Part shown: in pieces, positions 59,241-64,000 of the stretch
How positions within the stretch are numbered: position 1 is the stretch's first letter
Layout: every line of letters begins with the position of its first letter
Source: Candidatus Poseidoniaceae archaeon
GTDB lineage: Archaea; Thermoplasmatota; Poseidoniia; Poseidoniales; Poseidoniaceae
NCBI GenBank assembly: GCA_965662895.1
Contig: CBFIJH010000007.1
Span: 42,346 to 106,345 of the forward strand
Reading direction: 5' to 3'
Length of the DNA stretch: 64,000 bases
Translations under genes and position numbers: made by a program
Notes under the pieces: generated by a model
What the model was told of the DNA's origin: nothing
Seen by the model: the letters and a program-made list of their open reading frames with translations, nothing else
Database searches by the model: none

Positions 59241-60797
59241 TTGGCTCGGAAAAAGAAGAACAAGATTGTCGTCAAACTCGATTTGCCGAAAGACGACTCA
59301 ACAATGACAAAGTTGTACGGTATCTTGTTCGTATCCATTCTTTTTGGGATGTCCACCGCCGTAGTTTGGGCAACAAACTCAGGTTTCATTCCGACAAGCA
59401 ATGGGGAGCCGATGTTCACCAACGTAGCCTGTGGAATTATTACGGGCGATAACGAGGCCTTCAACGGAAATACAAAGCCGACCTATGCGCAGAATCAATC
59501 CTGCTCACTGTTGCAAGACAGTCCCGATGTTGTATCATGGAGCGATGAACCCTGGGACGATATCATGTTCCGAGGGAAAAATTTCGATGTCCCTGGTGTT
59601 GATCCGCAAGCGACCGGTGGAGAGGTCGTTCTCCAACCCCTGACACTCACGTGTGAAGCGGAGGCGCGCGAACCGGTAACCTACACGGTTGCTATTCGTG
59701 ACCGGTACGGAGAAGTTCTCGATTATTATCAAGGCAATACGGGTGTTTCATCCGATGAGTGTCGCATCGATATGAATTCCATCAGTGCAGGTACACGGTA
59801 CGAAATTGCCGTTCAATCCAACTCAGAAACCGTTCCACTGGATGAATTTACGTTCAACATGGAAATCCAATATTTTGACGGTATCCCTGCAAACATGAAC
59901 AACAAATCGCTATGGATTGGTCCAGAGTATAGTGTTGGACCAGTAAGCGTCCACCCAACCATCTTCCTCAACTTCTTTGGATTGATGTTCTTTTTCTTCC
60001 TTTGGCCCGCATCGTTTTACTGGGAACGGGTCGAAAACAGAAAGAATGAGATCGAAGAGAAGTTCCCTGATTTCCTTCGAGACCTTGCAGAATATTGGAA
60101 AGGTGGTCTTTCGATGACGGTTGCAGTTCAAACATTGGCAACGTCAGAGTATGGTGCATTGAATGACGAAGTCAAAAAGATGAGCGATCAGTTGTCGTGG
60201 GGCATCAAGTTCAGTGATGTTATTCTTCAATTTGCGGAACGAGTGGGGACACCTCTTGTCAAACGTGCAATCTCACTGATATCAGAAGCTGATCGTGCAG
60301 GTGGAAAGATTTCCGATATTCTGGTAACCGCTGCCAACGACTCTCGAGAAATCAAGTTCCTTGAAGGTGAACGGAAACGAGCGATAGGGTCCTACATTGC
60401 GGTTATTTGGACCTCGTACTTCGTTTTCCTCGGTGTTATTGTTGTTCTCTCAACGGTCTTTATTCCTGCAATTGCCGATTCGAATTCTTCGGATGACGGT
60501 GGTGGCGGCCAAAACATTGGAAACATGAAGATTCGGAATGTTGACCCGTTGTTTTTCTTGACGATTTTCTATTATGGTGTGACGATGCAAGCCATCGGTA
60601 ACGGTTGCATGGCTGGTCTGATGGCGACGGGAAGATTCTCAGCTGGTTTCAAACATTCAGGGATGATGATTCTTGTTGCACTTGTTGTATTCAACCTTAT
60701 CGCGTTCTCACCCGGTCTCATTGGAATCACCGAACCACCCGGAGTGAATCCGTCTGTTGGAACCTTCGTGCCCGCACCTCTGAATCTTGGAGGGTGA
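59241..60797 (+). CDS. Type IV pilus platform protein (T2SSF/TadC-like) 2 with large extracellular insert
   Basis: IEEKFPDFLRDLAE...GLS, YGALNDEV, SWG, AGGKISDIL, AGFKH. TTG start preceded by GGGGTGA. Confidence 0.85.
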   Translation: MARKKKNKIVVKLDLPKDDSTMTKLYGILFVSILFGMSTAVVWATNSGFIPTSNGEPMFTNVACGIITGDNEAFNGNTKPTYAQNQSCSLLQDSPDVVSWSDEPWDDIMFRGKNFDVPGVDPQATGGEVVLQPLTLTCEAEAREPVTYTVAIRDRYGEVLDYYQGNTGVSSDECRIDMNSISAGTRYEIAVQSNSETVPLDEFTFNMEIQYFDGIPANMNNKSLWIGPEYSVGPVSVHPTIFLNFFGLMFFFFLWPASFYWERVENRKNEIEEKFPDFLRDLAEYWKGGLSMTVAVQTLATSEYGALNDEVKKMSDQLSWGIKFSDVILQFAERVGTPLVKRAISLISEADRAGGKISDILVTAANDSREIKFLEGERKRAIGSYIAVIWTSYFVFLGVIVVLSTVFIPAIADSNSSDDGGGGQNIGNMKIRNVDPLFFLTIFYYGVTMQAIGNGCMAGLMATGRFSAGFKHSGMMILVALVVFNLIAFSPGLIGITEPPGVNPSVGTFVPAPLNLGG

Positions 60798-60801
60798 TGC
60801 T

Positions 60802-61239
60802 GTGCGTAAGGACGAAGACGCACAGGTCCACATTCTTGAGATGTTGACGTTGTTTTGGTTGTTCTTCATGTCAGCAACCTTCCTTATTCGAGTTAATGTT
60901 CCTGATGCTCGATCGGTTGCCATTGATGCATCGCTTGAATCTGCAGGTGAGGATGCCATTACCGCATCAATGGCCTTACCTCCTGAACTCACTGGAGAAA
61001 GCCGATTGCATGAGCTGCTCTCAGAAGATTCCTACGATGATGCATGTGCCCTGTTGCAAGAGATGATTCCAGTCGGTAAGGAAGCGAATTGTTGGTTAGC
61101 ACAGAATGCGATGCCTGCAACACCTTACGGTGAGGTAGGCACGCCGAACGGAGCGACGATTACCGTGCATCAATTGCTCGTCGTCAATACGGACGTATGG
61201 ACCATCAGCCTCGATGTATGGTCTCGAGGAGGTGCTTGA
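60802..61239 (+). CDS. Pilin-like protein with class III signal peptide
   Basis: RKDEDA|QVHILE followed by a hydrophobic helix. GGAGGGTGA RBS before GTG 60802. Lies in the pilus operon. Confidence 0.7.
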   Translation: MRKDEDAQVHILEMLTLFWLFFMSATFLIRVNVPDARSVAIDASLESAGEDAITASMALPPELTGESRLHELLSEDSYDDACALLQEMIPVGKEANCWLAQNAMPATPYGEVGTPNGATITVHQLLVVNTDVWTISLDVWSRGGA

Positions 61240-61679
61240 TGATGCATCCCACACAGAAAGACGACAAAGCCCAGATGCTCCTCGCTACGGGTGTCGTCCT
61301 CATGATGTCCTTGCTTTCAATGGCGATCTTTGCCATCAAACTTGCAGGTATGTCCGTTCCGCATGATGTTGCAAGCGATGGGGTTATCCAAACCACACAG
61401 GATGTGGAATCCGTCCTCCCTGGTCTTGTTGAAGCACGAGCCGAAGTATGGTATGAGAACGGTGTATCTGCACTCGAATCCGTCACGCAAGCCATGGATT
61501 CTTCCCACGAAGATCTCCTGCATCATGGTGAAATCAGTGGAATTGAAGTCAAATTAATCAACATCACCATTACCGATCTTGGTTCAAATCAAATCCAAGT
61601 TGATGCAGAATTAGGAATCTCTGACAGTGATGCAATGTTGATGAAACCGATTCAGTTTGTTATCGAACTTTCATCATGA
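61239..61679 (+). CDS. Pilin-like protein with class III signal peptide
   Basis: KDDKA|QMLLATGVVLMMSLL. TGATG coupling with the upstream gene and GGAGGTG RBS. Confidence 0.7.
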   Translation: MMHPTQKDDKAQMLLATGVVLMMSLLSMAIFAIKLAGMSVPHDVASDGVIQTTQDVESVLPGLVEARAEVWYENGVSALESVTQAMDSSHEDLLHHGEISGIEVKLINITITDLGSNQIQVDAELGISDSDAMLMKPIQFVIELSS

Positions 61680-62330
61680 TTTGTGCTCATTCCAAGCAAG
61701 GTTGAGGAAGTGCTTGATTCGCTCAACATCGCTTCCCCATGTTGGATCAACAACAGGCCAAGAAGCAATCTTTGCACGTTCTTGAAGTCCTTCCTGAATA
61801 CGACGAATCCGATCAAAGCCTGCAAGATATCGGTCGGGTCTTCGATAGGAATGGGCATCACGAGACTTGAGCATCGCTCGATGTTTCTCCTCGGTTTCAA
61901 CTTGCATCAACAAGCCAACTGCAATGCCTCCACCTTCTCGCCAGGCACGAAGCAAACGGTCACTCGGAACAATGTGAACGCCTTCAATCAGAAGGTCAAT
62001 TCCTTCACGACGAGCACGCTCAATCGTTGCCGTAATTCCCGGTTCAACCGATTCACACGTTCGTTGCCAATCGATGACCGGTTCTCCATTTTCTCCACGG
62101 GAGAAGGATGAGCGATGCAAGGCAGGATCTTCATCAACATCGATGCAGGTACGCATGATTTCACGAATTGCATCGGTTGAAACAATTCGAGAAAATCCAG
62201 ATGCTGCTGCAATCTCACGAGCAGCTGTTGATTTTCCAACTCCAGTCGCACCAGCAAGAATCAGCAAACGAGGTGCGACTTGACTCATGGCCTTTGCAGA
62301 TTCTGCTGCAAGACCAACACGCTCGACCAT
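61674..62330 (-). CDS. 2-phosphoglycerate kinase-like P-loop kinase (COG2074 type)
   Basis: [39 protein letters not shown]. Start uncertain. Confidence 0.8.
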   Translation of the reverse strand: MVERVGLAAESAKAMSQVAPRLLILAGATGVGKSTAAREIAAASGFSRIVSTDAIREIMRTCIDVDEDPALHRSSFSRGENGEPVIDWQRTCESVEPGITATIERARREGIDLLIEGVHIVPSDRLLRAWREGGGIAVGLLMQVETEEKHRAMLKSRDAHSYRRPDRYLAGFDRIRRIQEGLQERAKIASWPVVDPTWGSDVERIKHFLNLAWNEHKS

Positions 62331-62449
62331 GATGCTTGTTGAAGCATGCACTTCATGAGTCTATTGTGTCATAAACAACGATTGAATCGTTCTTTCCAAC
62401 CAAACGAATCCACCGAATCGCTCATGAGTCATATCGATGTGGAAAGAAC

Positions 62450-63886
62450 ATGGACGAGAAGCAGATGTACATTGATGGCCAATGGTGCGCATCATCGGAT
62501 AACAACACACATGATGTTCTAAACCCAGCAACGGGCGAAACGATTGCAACAACACCGAAAGCAACCATTGACGATGTCAACCGCTGTGTTGCTGCATCAA
62601 AAGCAGCCTTTGCAGATCGAAGCTGGAGTGCGATGGACCCTGCAGAACGCGGTCGTGTTCTCAACCGAATGGCCCAAGCAACCTATGCCAACGCAAAGGC
62701 GCTCGCAGCCATTGAAAGCAGCAACAACGGGAAGACGTTCCGTGAAGCATTGTCTGAAATCCGATACGGAGCATGGACGTTCGAATACTTCGCAGGATTG
62801 ACCGATAAGATCGAAGGATCAACCATTCCAGTACCTGGCAACAGACTCAACTACACACTCCGACAACCTGTTGGTGTCACAGCACACCTCATCCCATGGA
62901 ACTTCCCATTGCAACTCGCACTACGCTCGATTGCACCTGCACTCGCAGCAGGATGCACCGTGATCGCCAAGCCAGCATCATGGACACCACTCTCGCTCAT
63001 CGCATGGCTCGAAGCCATGCATGAAGCAGAAGTCGGACTACCAGAAAACGTCGTTCAGGTCATTACAGGATCAGGCGGGCTCATCGGAGATGCACTTGCA
63101 GGCCACCCAGACATTGGTGGAATCGTTCTCACTGGTGGCGTACCTACAGGACAAGCGGTCATGGCAAAAGCCAGCGAACAACTTACACCCGTCACTCTCG
63201 AATTGGGTGGAAAAGGAGCCAACGTCGTCTTCCCTGATGCAAATCTCAAGTATTGTGCCAAAGCCATCTGCTTTGGAATCTTCATGAATGCAGGACAGAT
63301 GTGTTGGGCTGGTTCCCGACTCATCGTTCATGAGGATGTCCATGACGAATTGGTCGATGCAGTCGTTGCAGAAGTCGCCAAGTGGAAGATTGGTCCAGGA
63401 ATGAGCGAAGGTGTCCGAATTGGAAGCCTTGTTCATACAGATCACCGTGCTGATGTTCTGCGCATGCTCGAAGAAGGACTCAAGCAAGGTGGAACCGTCG
63501 TAACAGGTGGAGCAGCCGTCGAAGGCGATGGTGCCTTCATGCAACCTACCATTGTCACCGACGTTGATGCAAGCAATCCTCTGTTCCAAGAGGAACTGTT
63601 TGGACCTGTTCTTACAGTTACCAAGTTCACAGAAGAAGCTGAAGCACTCGCTCTTGCAAATGATACACCGTTTGGTCTACTCAATGGTATTTGGACCAAC
63701 GACTTGAGCCGAGCACATCGCCTTGCACGAGACGTTCAATCTGGAATGGTTTCCATCAACGAGTTCCCCATCACCTTCCCACAAACCGCATTCACGGGCT
63801 GGAAGCAATCAGGAATTGGTATTGAACAGAGCCAAGATGCACTCCGCTTCTACACTCGAGTCAAGAACGTGAACATCAAACTTTGA
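62450..63886 (+). CDS. Aldehyde dehydrogenase
   Basis: PWNFP, LELGGK, AGQMC (catalytic Cys), EELFGP, GWKQSG. Confidence 0.95.
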   Translation: MDEKQMYIDGQWCASSDNNTHDVLNPATGETIATTPKATIDDVNRCVAASKAAFADRSWSAMDPAERGRVLNRMAQATYANAKALAAIESSNNGKTFREALSEIRYGAWTFEYFAGLTDKIEGSTIPVPGNRLNYTLRQPVGVTAHLIPWNFPLQLALRSIAPALAAGCTVIAKPASWTPLSLIAWLEAMHEAEVGLPENVVQVITGSGGLIGDALAGHPDIGGIVLTGGVPTGQAVMAKASEQLTPVTLELGGKGANVVFPDANLKYCAKAICFGIFMNAGQMCWAGSRLIVHEDVHDELVDAVVAEVAKWKIGPGMSEGVRIGSLVHTDHRADVLRMLEEGLKQGGTVVTGGAAVEGDGAFMQPTIVTDVDASNPLFQEELFGPVLTVTKFTEEAEALALANDTPFGLLNGIWTNDLSRAHRLARDVQSGMVSINEFPITFPQTAFTGWKQSGIGIEQSQDALRFYTRVKNVNIKL

Positions 63887-63895
63887 GGTGAACAG

Positions 63896-64000
63896 ATGAC
63901 GGTTCAAGTCGAAAACCGTGACAATGGAATCCAAATCGTTCGATTAACGGGTGCCTCTGCAAGCAAATCCTTCTCAAGAGAATCTCTTCCAATCATCGCT
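63896..64000 (+). CDS. 5' end of a probable crotonase-family protein (truncated by window)
   Basis: GAGGTGA RBS. MTVQVENRDNGIQIVRL resembles enoyl-CoA hydratase N-termini. Only 35 codons are visible. Confidence 0.45.
   Translation, partial: MTVQVENRDNGIQIVRLTGASASKSFSRESLPIIA

Noticed and set aside
56672-61679. Archaellum locus
   Set aside because: No archaellin, FlaH or FlaF/G, and two separate TadC-like genes instead of one FlaJ.
1-64000. CRISPR arrays, transposases, prophage or defence genes
   Set aside because: No regularly spaced repeats or recognisable cas, transposase, integrase, capsid or restriction-modification motifs were seen by eye.

Overview
Gene-dense archaeal chromosomal window with about 60 CDS and one tRNA-Gly(GCC). 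No CRISPR array, IS element, integrase or rRNA was seen. The archaeal markers are CDC48, Alba, Bud32, thermosome, TtuA/Ncs6, PyrI and an archaeal type IV pilus locus. Together with a DUF6015-like gene, many bacterial-type enzymes and large acidic secreted proteins, they point by inference to Marine Group II Thermoplasmatota (Ca. Poseidoniales). Best leads: (1) a three-gene operon encoding a Roadblock/LC7-like protein, a 1043-aa PATAN/DUF2226-like + Roadblock + long coiled-coil protein, and a small membrane protein (candidate polarity/cytoskeletal module); (2) an Mrp/ApbC NTPase whose Fe-S-binding CxxC is replaced by an Ig-like insert, paired with a 4-Cys DUF971 protein (split HCF101-like pair); (3) an agmatinase / SpeD-like / bacterial DHS-like operon without speE (candidate homospermidine route); (4) a eukaryote-like CTP synthase; (5) a Tad-like pilus with extracellular inserts in its platform proteins; (6) convergent genes repeatedly abutting as TAATCA. 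All family calls come from motif recognition by eye, not database searches. Many starts were moved from the ORF track to more plausible codons.
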